Origin: Acidobacteriota bacterium
Lineage (GTDB): Bacteria; Acidobacteriota; UBA6911; RPQK01; JAJDTT01
DNA: 64,000 nucleotides
Assembly (NCBI GenBank): GCA_965263035.1
Contig: OZ253580.1
Coordinates: 576,001 to 640,000 of the forward strand
Direction of reading: 5' to 3'
Of the stretch, positions 40,040-49,777 are shown in pieces; position 1 is the stretch's first letter, and every line of letters begins with the position of its first letter. Both the position numbers and the translations under genes were made by a program. The notes under the pieces are model-generated. The model searched no databases and was not told where the DNA came from. It saw only the letters and a list, made by a program, of their open reading frames with translations.

Positions 40040-40480
40040 TCAGTCGGTTGGACCGCCGGAGATGTATTGCTCCAGTTGCCTGATGGTGAACTCCTGCTCG
40101 GAGATGATGGACTTGACGACGTCGCCGATGGAGATCATCCCCACCAGTTCTCCCCCCTCCATCACCGGAAGATGCCGGATTCGCTTCTGGGTCATGAGCC
40201 CCATACACTCCTCCATGCCCTGCTCGGGCCGGACGTAGATCACCTTCCGGATCATGATCTCCCGGACTTGAGTGTTGTGGGAGGCCTTGCCCTTGAGGAT
40301 CACCTTCCTGGCATAGTCCCGCTCCGAGAAGATCCCCACCAGACGGCCCGACTCCAGCACCAGAAGAGCTCCGATGTTCTTTTCGGCCATCAGCTTGAGG
40401 GCATCCAAAACGGAGGTGCCGGGGCTCACGGACCAGACGTCGAAACCTTTGGAGTGGAGCAACTGGCGGACAGTTTTCAT
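40040..40480 (-). CDS. CBS-domain protein
   Basis: GIFSERDY and IRHLPV...GMISIGDVVK tandem CBS pair. Confidence 0.92.
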   Translation of the reverse strand: MKTVRQLLHSKGFDVWSVSPGTSVLDALKLMAEKNIGALLVLESGRLVGIFSERDYARKVILKGKASHNTQVREIMIRKVIYVRPEQGMEECMGLMTQKRIRHLPVMEGGELVGMISIGDVVKSIISEQEFTIRQLEQYISGGPTD

Positions 40481-40495
40481 GGCGCGCCTCTGGAT

Positions 40496-41020
40496 TCAAT
40501 ACGGACGGCTGCTGCCCGGATCATTGCCAATGATCTCTTCCTCACCGACTAGTGCCAGCACGCGACGGCGGATCGCTTCCGACATCCACATACCGGTATT
40601 CTCCAGCGAATATAGATGGGTAGCAATGCGTTCGACCAAGCCATGCGATTTCGCTTCGATGAGAACCTTCAGCGTTCCCCATACATTGAGTCCCGCAGCC
40701 TGCGCTATACGCCGCGCCTGCCTGTCATCCAGCAGAACGGTACATCCAGGATGTTCCAGCGCCAAAGCGAGTACGGCCAGCTCTCCCGCCCCCAGATCCA
40801 GATTCAGCCATTTGGACGGGATGACGCGAGGGTCAACGACCTCAAGCCACTCGTAGTCTTGCGGATCGGGAACGTCATACCCTTTCTGTTGCCCTTCCGA
40901 CAACTCCCTCACCACAGCCTGAGGAATCCGGACTTCGCCGCAAAGAATGGGAAGCCATCTCAAAGCGTCGATTCGATAAAGATACAACAGCGGTGACGTG
41001 TTGCTGATGCACTCAGACAT
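40496..41020 (-). CDS. PIN-domain (DUF3368-type) toxin
   Basis: ISNTSPL, LGAGELAVL, LLDDRQAR, GTLKVL. Confidence 0.85.
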   Translation of the reverse strand: MSECISNTSPLLYLYRIDALRWLPILCGEVRIPQAVVRELSEGQQKGYDVPDPQDYEWLEVVDPRVIPSKWLNLDLGAGELAVLALALEHPGCTVLLDDRQARRIAQAAGLNVWGTLKVLIEAKSHGLVERIATHLYSLENTGMWMSEAIRRRVLALVGEEEIIGNDPGSSRPY

Positions 41021-41264
41021 GATCGCGTTCCAGGTCGTTCAGCTCCGCCTCGAGCGGGAAGACCTTGTAGCGATCGAGCGTCAGCAGGAACTCCACCCGC
41101 GCCATCCCGGCAAGTTCCGCAGCTCGCCCGGACGAAAGACGACCGAGCTCGTAGAGCTTGACCGCGGCCAGCATACCGAGTTCACGAGCAAAAGCGCGCT
41201 CGTCAGTCTTCTCGGCTAGAAGCACGCTCTCCGGAACGCTGATTGCGATTTTGCGCATTGTCAT
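41013..41264 (-). CDS. UPF0175-type antitoxin
   Basis: KLYELGRLSSGRAAELAG HTH; overlaps the PIN gene start. Confidence 0.85.
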   Translation of the reverse strand: MTMRKIAISVPESVLLAEKTDERAFARELGMLAAVKLYELGRLSSGRAAELAGMARVEFLLTLDRYKVFPLEAELNDLERDHV

Positions 41265-41268
41265 TTTC

Positions 41269-41946
41269 TCAGATGTCCTGTTCGAGAATTTGGCCGTGGT
41301 CCCTGAGCCAGCGCCGCGCTTTTTCCATTGTAGGAGCATGCGTCCTGACAATATTCCAGAATCGAGGCGTATGATTCGCCTCAATCAAATGAGCAAGTTC
41401 GTGCACGATGACGTAATCGATCACGAACATGGGCGCCTTGATCAATCGCCAATTCAGGTTCACGTTGTCCTTTACCGTGCAGGACCCCCAGCGGAAACGA
41501 TTGTCCACGATCCTCGCACCGGCAAAATCCACCCCGAGAGTCGCCGCAATGGATTCCACCTTCGGCAGAATCCTCTCTTTCGCTCGCTCGATGTACCAGT
41601 TGCGAAGGATTCGCTTACGCCCGCCCGTCAGGGAGGCCGGGATCAGGAAACGCCGTTCGAAGCGTATTTCCGTCGAGTCGGTCGGGATGATCTCGATTTG
41701 GTACTCGCGGCCGAGATAGAGCGTGGATTCCCCGTTCACCAACTCCTTGCCGGGCGGATGAGGTTGCTTCTCATATTTCTGGGCATGGGCCCTTTTCTCA
41801 TAAATCCACCGACGTTTTGACTCGACAATTTCCCGGATTATTTCTTCGGAAGTAGATTCGGGTGCATGCACGACAACACTGCGATCCCGTTCGACCGTAA
41901 TTGTCAGTTTCCTACGTTTCGATGAGCGTCTGATTGTGTAGGACAT
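41269..41946 (-). CDS. YgjP/DUF45 zinc metallo-hydrolase (M48-like), usual type I R-M passenger
   Basis: RWGSC, LNWRL, YVIVHELAHL..NH..FW. Confidence 0.88.
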   Translation of the reverse strand: MSYTIRRSSKRRKLTITVERDRSVVVHAPESTSEEIIREIVESKRRWIYEKRAHAQKYEKQPHPPGKELVNGESTLYLGREYQIEIIPTDSTEIRFERRFLIPASLTGGRKRILRNWYIERAKERILPKVESIAATLGVDFAGARIVDNRFRWGSCTVKDNVNLNWRLIKAPMFVIDYVIVHELAHLIEANHTPRFWNIVRTHAPTMEKARRWLRDHGQILEQDI

Positions 41947-41954
41947 GCGCAAGG

Positions 41955-43239
41955 CTACTTTGCGTAGAGAATGATGTCGTTGTTCTTTTTCGCGATTTCC
42001 ATCACGCGGCTGATTATCTGGTTACGTTTTCTCACAAGGTTCGGTAACACCAGGAACCGAGGCTGGAGCAGCGTCTTCTGAATCTCGGCCTTCAGTCTAT
42101 TGCGTGCTGGAATACTTTCCCAAAATCCCGTCAGCTTCAACTCTCGCTCGATCACCAGTGAGGCACTCTGCGTCAATGCGACCAAGTGGCTGATCTTGTC
42201 GTCTTCGCTCAATCCGTAATGCGGACTTGTTTCAGCCACCATCAATACTTCAGTGTCTACCCCAAACAGCTCTCGTCGAAATATGCGAAAGAACGGCATT
42301 TGCTTCTTGCGGTGAAGCCCATAGGTCGGCTCCCGGCTGGCGGTGATGATCCGCCGCCGCAATTTCTCCAATTCTTCGTGAATTTTTTCCCAGTTGTCCC
42401 GGAAATCCTGAAATATCTGCGCCAGAGCTTTCGCGAAGGACGCTTGCAAGTCCGGGTCGTCATCCAACTCGATGTCGAGGTAGTGGCGGATAGCATGCTC
42501 AATCTCCGCCGCTTTGGTCTTTGTGCGACTGCGCTTGACAACGTTCTTCTGGAAGTCCTGGTCCAAAATCGAAATTGGTTCGACCATCTGATCGATACTC
42601 TTCGACTTCAGGTACTTGTCTGTAAGCACGCGCAGCTTCGGCGGGATGCCTTTCATGCTCAGGCGCCGGTCCCGGAGGTGCTTGCCTGCCAGGACGTTGA
42701 TTTCAGAGAGGGCGTTGTAGTCGCCCATGAACTTCAATGCCTGCCGTGAGGGGAAGACGAGGTTCAGGCACTTGGTGAACTTCTTGAACGCCTTCATGTA
42801 GTCAAAACGGAGGTCTTCGTCGTAAAACACATCGAAGAAGGCATCATGGTCCGTCAGATCTGTCAGGCCATGATCCTCAAGCAACGTTATAACTACCGCA
42901 TGACTATTCTTGTGATTGTGTAACTCTTCTTCGGGAAAGCTGAGGGCGTCGATGACTTCCTTCTGTTCTCGCTCGTCATAAACGTCGATGGCTCTCTTGA
43001 GGTGATGACCGATGCCGACGTAATCGATCACGAAGCCTTTGTCCTTGGCATCCCCTCCGACCCGGTTCACCCGGGCGATGGCCTGCAACAGGTTGTGGTC
43101 GGTGATGACCTTGTCCAGGTAAATAACCTGCTCCAAAGGAGCATCGAAACCGGTGATGAGCATGTTGTTGACGACGAGGATGCCCATATTCCCGGTACCG
43201 CCTCCATCTTCGCTCCCGAACGCCATCTTGAAACTCTTT
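41955..43239 (-). pseudogene. hsdR: Type I restriction subunit R, C-terminal remnant
   Basis: [28 protein letters not shown] late helicase motifs present; nuclease and Walker A/B regions absent. Confidence 0.85.
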
Positions 43240-43393
43240 GTGCGCGCTTGCGATCGAATTCGTCGGAAAGCCGTTTCAGAAACAGCATTCCGAAGATGAA
43301 TTCTTTGAACTCGGACGCATCCATTTTGCCGCGCAGGATGTCGGCGGCTTTGAACAGAAAGGACTCCAACCGGACCAGGGTGATTTTATTCAT
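43240..43393 (-). pseudogene. hsdM: Type I methyltransferase subunit M, N-terminal remnant
   Basis: [36 protein letters not shown] is the HsdM N-terminal signature; similarity stops after about 50 codons. Confidence 0.85.
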
Positions 43394-43481
43394 CCGTCAT
43401 CTGGGGGGACGAACCGCGACCCGTCGCCACGCGCCGTCGAAAAGTAGATGTTTGTCCTCGTCATAATTTCGAGTCAGGTGC

Positions 43482-43874
43482 TCATGTGGTGCGGTCCAGA
43501 AAGGCACGCGGGGAGAAAACCTCCACGGAGCCGTACCGCGACTCCGTGAAATCCCGGCTATTGCCAGTGATGAGAACCGCACCGCCGGCCGTTGCGGTTG
43601 CCAAGTAGACTTCATCATCCTGGTCGCTCAGGCCGAATGTCACATTCGGCGGCTCGACCAAGATGGCAACTCGTTCGAGGTGTCTGATGGCAGTCGTCAG
43701 GGAATCGCGGTAAGTGGCATGCTTGGGTCGTTCGGCGACGGTCCCGTATTCCGCTACGATGAACTCCGAAAGGACGATCTCGTGCCGACGCACTCCAACG
43801 TCGATCACCTTGTGGCACACGCCGTCAGTTCGAGCGGCCGCAACCAGAACGTTGCAGTCGATGACAACCTTCAT
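43482..43874 (-). CDS. PIN-domain toxin (PIN_3-like)
   Basis: KVVIDCNVLV, DQDDEVYL, LITGN..DF. Confidence 0.85.
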   Translation of the reverse strand: MKVVIDCNVLVAAARTDGVCHKVIDVGVRRHEIVLSEFIVAEYGTVAERPKHATYRDSLTTAIRHLERVAILVEPPNVTFGLSDQDDEVYLATATAGGAVLITGNSRDFTESRYGSVEVFSPRAFLDRTT

Positions 43875-44164
43875 TCCTCGCGTTTGCGGCGCTCTCGGCG
43901 GGACGCGGCGATGTCGGCGATGGTGTCTTCCATGATCTCGTCCTCGGAGCGGCCAGCGTCTTCGGACGAAATCTCCACCGCCGCGAATTTGGCGGCGATA
44001 CGGTCGGCGGCGGAATTTCGGTCCACAACGCCCATGGGCCGAAGGAGGATGCCGTCTCCGACTACGGTGACCTCCATGATGTCGCCTTCACGCAGATTGA
44101 TGCCTCTACGCAACTTGGCGGGAATAGTGACCTGGAACTTCGGCTTCACTGTGACCAGCGGCAT
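43871..44164 (-). CDS. AbrB/MazE/SpoVT-family antitoxin
   Basis: KFQVTIPAKLR...L.EGD; ATGA overlap with the toxin. Confidence 0.88.
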   Translation of the reverse strand: MPLVTVKPKFQVTIPAKLRRGINLREGDIMEVTVVGDGILLRPMGVVDRNSAADRIAAKFAAVEISSEDAGRSEDEIMEDTIADIAASRRERRKREE

Positions 44165-44264
44165 GGCGACCCGATATCGAAGTCAGATAATCATATATTC
44201 AATACCGTAGGGTGTGCCCATCCGCAATCCAGGCACGGGGGACCTTGGCAGGGTCGGACCAAGC

Positions 44265-44431
44265 GTGCGGAGTGTGGGTCTTGCTGACCGTGCAACGCCA
44301 CTCAGCAGCCCCCAGATCAATTTCCGGCCACTTGCGCGGCACAACTCTCACCAGGGCTGCACGACGACGAGGAGAGCCGACCGCAATCAGCGTCCCCTGG
44401 TACCCTTCGCTCTCAGCAACGCGGCAATCTG
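44265..44431 (-). pseudogene. Frameshifted P4-like tyrosine integrase remnant
   Basis: QIAALLRA in one frame, then EGYQGTLI...WPEIDLGAAEWRCTVSKTHTPH in another; just 3' of tRNA-Leu. Confidence 0.65.
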
Positions 44432-44489
44432 AATGCCTTCGCCAGAACCCGATGGAGGGGTGGCAGTAGCGAATCGTTGGATGTGGGAC

Positions 44490-44577
44490 TGGTGCCGGAG
44501 GCGGGATTCGAACCCGCACACCCTGTCGGGCGCCACCCCCTCAAGATGGTGTGTCTGCCAAGTTCCACCACTCCGGC
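44490..44577 (-). tRNA. tRNA-Leu (anticodon GAG)
   Basis: GCCGGAGTGGTGGAACTTGGCAGACACACCATCTTGAGGGGGTGG...GGTTCGAATCCCGCCTCCGGCACCA, long variable arm; follows secG. Confidence 0.97.
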
Positions 44578-44583
44578 ACGTAC

Positions 44584-44901
44584 CTACTGCTGGTCCTCCG
44601 GCACCGCCTCGGCCGGCGGGGTTTCCGGAGCCTCTCCCGTCACCGGCACGTCCTCCATCACCGTGGACTCCGTCCCCTGCGTGAAGAGGATCGCCAATCC
44701 CAAAGAGGTCACCATGAAGATCACGGCACACACGGCGGTCCCCTTGGTGAGAAGCGTCGCCGCTGACCGGGCGCCGAACGCCGCCTGGCTGGTGGTCCCG
44801 CCGAACGCGGAAGCCAAGTCTCCCGCCTTGCCCGACTGCAGGAGCACGACCAGAATCAGAATCATGCAGGCGAATATGTGGAAAATCGTCAAGAAGGTCA
44901 T
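44584..44901 (-). CDS. secG: Preprotein translocase subunit SecG
   Basis: VVLLQSGKAGDLASAFGG, FGARSAATLLTK; tpiA-secG-tRNA-Leu synteny. Confidence 0.93.
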   Translation of the reverse strand: MTFLTIFHIFACMILILVVLLQSGKAGDLASAFGGTTSQAAFGARSAATLLTKGTAVCAVIFMVTSLGLAILFTQGTESTVMEDVPVTGEAPETPPAEAVPEDQQ

Positions 44902-45007
44902 TTTGCTCTCTCAATGCCTCTGCGGGCCGGGCGCCAAACCGGGCGGCCAAGTCCCAAATCAGCGAACTACTGTCCTCTTCGGTCTCCAAAAAACGGGCCG
45001 TGGCCCC

Positions 45008-45013
45008 ATTATA
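45008..45013 (-). promoter_or_regulatory. Putative -10 box (TATAAT) for secG
   Basis: Perfect TATAAT on the minus strand just after the tpiA stop. Confidence 0.5.
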
Positions 45014-45014
45014 C

Positions 45015-45785
45015 TCATTTGAACTCGACAATCCGCGCGAAAGAGCCGGCGTCAAGACTGGCGCCACCCACCAGGGCGCCGTCGATGTTCTCCCGGCTCA
45101 TCAGCTCTCCCGCGTTGGCCGGCTTGACACTCCCGCCGTAAAGAATCCTCACCGCTGCCGCCATGGCCGCCGAACAGCGCCGGGCCAACCACTCCCGGAT
45201 CATGCCATGCACCTGGTCGGCGATGTCCGGAGTCGCCGTCATTCCGGTGCCGATGGCCCAGACCGGCTCGTAGGCCACCACCAAGCCACCCAGACACGAG
45301 GCATCCACCCCTGCCAGCGCTCCCGACAGCTGTGCCTGGATCACTGCTTCCGCCCGGCCGGCCTCCCGCTGGGCCAGAGACTCCCCCACGCACAGGATCG
45401 GGATCAGAGGAGTGGAGAGCACGGTCCTGAGCTTGCGGGAGACGGCCTCATCCGTTTCGAAGAAACATTGGCGCCTTTCCGAGTGTCCCAGCAGGACGTA
45501 CCTGCAACCGCAATCCAGGAGCATCCCGGCCGAAATCTCACCAGTGAAGGCGCCCTCGTCCTCCCAGTGGAGGTTCTGTCCTCCCAATTGGATGCCGGAC
45601 CCGGAGAGAGCCTCCTTGACGGCCGCCAACGCGGTAAACGGCGGGCACACGACCACCTCGCGAGACTGCAGCGCAGGCCCGCCGGTCAAGAGCAACTTCA
45701 ACTGCGCCGCCGTTCCCATCGCCTGGGAAATCGTCTTGAACATCTTCCAGTTCGCGGCAATGATGGGTGTTCTCTGATGGCTCAA
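45015..45785 (-). CDS. tpiA: Triosephosphate isomerase
   Basis: ANWKM, GHSERR, AYEPVWAIGTG, YGGSV; TTG start with GGAGG SD. Confidence 0.96.
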   Translation of the reverse strand: MSHQRTPIIAANWKMFKTISQAMGTAAQLKLLLTGGPALQSREVVVCPPFTALAAVKEALSGSGIQLGGQNLHWEDEGAFTGEISAGMLLDCGCRYVLLGHSERRQCFFETDEAVSRKLRTVLSTPLIPILCVGESLAQREAGRAEAVIQAQLSGALAGVDASCLGGLVVAYEPVWAIGTGMTATPDIADQVHGMIREWLARRCSAAMAAAVRILYGGSVKPANAGELMSRENIDGALVGGASLDAGSFARIVEFK

Positions 45786-45820
45786 CTTGATCCCTCCACT
45801 GATCTCACCTTCCGCAGGCG

Positions 45821-47014
45821 TCAGGTCCTCCCGGTCAAGGCCACAACCCCGGGCAGGGTCTTTCCGGCCAGATAGGCCAGGGACGCTCCTCCACCGGTGG
45901 AAACGTGATCGATAGAATCCCGGACCCGGGCCCGGCCGACTGCGGCCGCCGAGTCCCCGCCGCCGACGACCGAAAAGGCTCGGGAAGCCCCCACCGACCG
46001 GGCCACCTCCAGCGTCCCGGCGGCGAACTCCTCCACTTCGAATACACCGAGTGGCCCGTTCCAAATGACGGTTTCGGCCTTTTCGATCTCCTGGCGGAAA
46101 CGCCGGCGGGTTCCGGGTCCGATATCCAACCCCATCCGATCGGGCGGAATCGACTCTACCGGGACCGTCCAAGTCTCCTCTCCAGAAGCGCACTTGCGGG
46201 CAACCACGACATCCTCGGGAAGCATCAGGCGAGTCCCGCACTCATCGGCGTGCCGGAGTGCTCTGCGGGCCGTCTCCAGGCAGGAGTCCTCCACCAGCGA
46301 GCGTCCCACATCGATTCCGAGAGCCTTGAGAAAGGTGAAGGCCATGCCCCCGCCCATCAAAATGGTGTCGGCCAAGGACAGGAAGTTCTCGATCACGCCG
46401 ATCTTGCCCGACACCTTGGCGCCTCCCAATATGGCCACCACCGGAGGACGGGGGGCGGAGAGCACCCGATCCAGGTAACGGAACTCCTTCTCCATCAGGA
46501 GTCCGGCTGCTCCGCGTCCCAGGACCTGGGGCACCCCGACGGTGGAGGCGTGTGTTCTATGGGCCGTGCCGAACGCGTCGTTGACGTACTCCTCGGCGGG
46601 AGCCGCCAGTTGGCCGGCGAAATCAAGATCGTTCTCCACCTCACCGGAATGGAATCGCAGGTTTTCCAGCAGCAGGATTTCTCCCGGCCCGAGAGAGTCC
46701 ACGGCCCGCCGGACCGGCGGGCCCACGCAATCCCCGACGAATCGAACCGAACTGCCCAACAGCGACGAGAGACACCCGGACACCGGATCCAGCGACAGGG
46801 ACGGGTCACGCATACCCTTGGGTCGGCCCAGGTGGGACGCCAACACCACTCTCGCGCCCTTGTCGACGGCAACCCTGAGGGTCGGGATCGAGGCCCGGAT
46901 GCGGGTGTCGTCGACGACCCTCCCGGTCCGAATGGGCACGTTGTAATCGACTCGGAGGAAGAGTGCTCTTCCCGTCAGCTCCAAGTCTCGAATAGATCGC
47001 TTCTGTGGATACAC
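45821..47014 (-). CDS. pgk: Phosphoglycerate kinase
   Basis: RVDYNVP, SHLGRP, LLENLRF, WNGPLGVFE, STGGGASL. Confidence 0.97.
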   Translation of the reverse strand: MYPQKRSIRDLELTGRALFLRVDYNVPIRTGRVVDDTRIRASIPTLRVAVDKGARVVLASHLGRPKGMRDPSLSLDPVSGCLSSLLGSSVRFVGDCVGPPVRRAVDSLGPGEILLLENLRFHSGEVENDLDFAGQLAAPAEEYVNDAFGTAHRTHASTVGVPQVLGRGAAGLLMEKEFRYLDRVLSAPRPPVVAILGGAKVSGKIGVIENFLSLADTILMGGGMAFTFLKALGIDVGRSLVEDSCLETARRALRHADECGTRLMLPEDVVVARKCASGEETWTVPVESIPPDRMGLDIGPGTRRRFRQEIEKAETVIWNGPLGVFEVEEFAAGTLEVARSVGASRAFSVVGGGDSAAAVGRARVRDSIDHVSTGGGASLAYLAGKTLPGVVALTGRT

Positions 47015-47064
47015 CTGGACTCACCTCGACAGAGCCGATCCGAGTCGCCGCTCGGGAAAGCCGG

Positions 47065-48087
<1,023 letters not shown>

Positions 48088-48111
48088 TCAGTCCTTCGAG
48101 AAACGGCGGCC

Positions 48112-48120
48112 AGTATAACA
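48112..48120 (-). promoter_or_regulatory. Putative extended -10 promoter (TGtTATACT) of gap-pgk-tpiA
   Basis: Minus-strand TGTTATACT about 50 nt upstream of gap. Confidence 0.55.
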
Positions 48121-48210
48121 GTCCGGTCCAACAGTCCTGACGGCACATGGTCCGACCTGCACCCCGCCGCCGGTGCCGCCGCCCCGCAGGTACGGACCGG
48201 CGAATTTCCG

Positions 48211-49200
48211 CTATACGCCATTTCCCGGGCACCCGGCGCGGGTCTCGGCGGGGCGTGACGCAGCCCGATCTCCGGATTCCGAGTAGGGATCCGCGCCGCC
48301 GTTCCCAGTGTGGAAACGCCTGTGCCCCCAGAGCCAGCAGTGGGGAAACTCGCGAACCATCTCCTCGATGTACCGGTTGAAACGGGCGGTGTTGGTCCGG
48401 GCGTCTTCCTCGTCATTCCCGGTCCTGACCAGTGCCACCGCGGGATAGAAGCGAATCCGGTAGTAGCCCCGCCGCCGGGCCGGACAAATGAATCCGGGGA
48501 CCACGGGGTGGGAGGTCCTCAAGGCCAGAACCGCCACTCCGGCATGGGTGCTGGCCAGACGTCCGAACAGAGGGACGAAGACTCCATCCTTCCGCTGCGT
48601 GTTCTGGTCGATGAGGAGCCCCACGTCGCTTCCCTGGGAAAGCCCCCGCAATATACTTCTCATGGAATGCCGCTTGGGCAGGACCTGGTTGCCGGGCCAA
48701 CTCCGGATTCGGGTGACCCAGGATTCCAGATAGGGATTGTCGAGAGAGCGCACCACAAAGCCCAAGGGATATCCGGCAAGTGCGTGGGCCGCCGGGAGCA
48801 GTTCCCAGCAACTCACATGGGCGGTCAGGAAAATCACGGATCCGGTCCGGTTCTTGGCCTCCAGATAGTTTTCCAGCCCCCGGCCCGGCTCGTAGCTCAC
48901 CCGGCTGCGAATCTCAGAAGCCTCCTGTCGATTCAGACGACTCAATTCGACGGTGTGGTGGCCTTGCTGGCGGTAACTTTCCAGCAGGACATGCCGGCGC
49001 CAGCGCTCGTCGCTGCCGGGGAACGCGATCTTCAGGTTGATCATGCCGATACGTCGGTGCTTGGCGTCGGCGAGATAGACCAGTCCGGCGAGGCCTCGGC
49101 AGAGAGGGTAGGCGATGAACCGGGGCAAAAACCCCACGATCTCCACGAAACCGCGAACGGCGAGATAGAGCGGCAGGTCGAACCAGCGACGGGGCTTCAT
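48211..49200 (-). CDS. Lipid A biosynthesis acyltransferase (LpxL/HtrB family)
   Basis: TAHVSCWE (HxxxxE), LIDQN, FFG/LFG, WLWGHRRF; start at MKPRRW. Confidence 0.88.
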   Translation of the reverse strand: MKPRRWFDLPLYLAVRGFVEIVGFLPRFIAYPLCRGLAGLVYLADAKHRRIGMINLKIAFPGSDERWRRHVLLESYRQQGHHTVELSRLNRQEASEIRSRVSYEPGRGLENYLEAKNRTGSVIFLTAHVSCWELLPAAHALAGYPLGFVVRSLDNPYLESWVTRIRSWPGNQVLPKRHSMRSILRGLSQGSDVGLLIDQNTQRKDGVFVPLFGRLASTHAGVAVLALRTSHPVVPGFICPARRRGYYRIRFYPAVALVRTGNDEEDARTNTARFNRYIEEMVREFPHCWLWGHRRFHTGNGGADPYSESGDRAASRPAETRAGCPGNGV

Positions 49201-49271
49201 CGGACCGGACCCTTGAAAACGGGAACAACGAGGCTCCGCACCCGGGTTCCTACCGGGGCACGATCGGCCTC

Positions 49272-49438
49272 CTAGGAACCTGCGCCGCAGAAATCGATCT
49301 ACTGCGAAAGCGGTAGAATCGGTCCATATTTCCCCGATTTCTCGGCGAATAGAACAACTATGCACCTCCAAATCGAGAAAATCTGGCCTCGATTCCCCAC
49401 TTTCTCGCTACGATCATTTCTACCGCGCAGACTCCGAG
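49272..49438. mobile_element. 167-bp MITE-like element, family A, copy 2 (inverted)
   Basis: Reverse complement of 21964-22130 with 6 substitutions by manual alignment. Confidence 0.85.
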
Positions 49439-49570
49439 GCCCCACAGTAGGCCAAAATCAAGAGTTTCACACCGCATGCCCCGCTTCAAGTCAGAGTTCC
49501 TGCGGCTCCGGCAACGGGAATTGATGACCCATTCCCCCGCAGGCGCCATGGCGACTTTCAGCCCTGATCC

Positions 49571-49737
49571 CCAGCAGCTCGTGGCAAACGTCGTCACGGC
49601 ATTCGACCGTCCCTGCATCGTGCGCGGACTGCGTTGCTATCGGCTCACATTCTCCCGGCAGGCTCCCTCATCGCGCTTTGTCCGGCGGGCGCAGGACCGG
49701 TCTCGGTGCTCGCGGGACTTTCACCACGGACTGCTAG
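49571..49737. mobile_element. 167-bp MITE-like element, family B
   Basis: Imperfect TIRs CCAGCAGCTCGTGGCAAACGTC vs CTAGCAGTCCGTGGTGAAAGTC (16/22); same CTAGCAGTC terminus as family A; unrelated interior. Confidence 0.6.
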
Positions 49738-49777
49738 AATTGGTCCAAGCAAGGCACCGACAGCCTGGGAACGATTC

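Noticed and set aside
43067-43393. Programmed frameshift producing an HsdM-HsdR fusion
   Set aside because: No slippery heptamer at the junction, and the fusion would lack all catalytic centres; simple deletion is more parsimonious.
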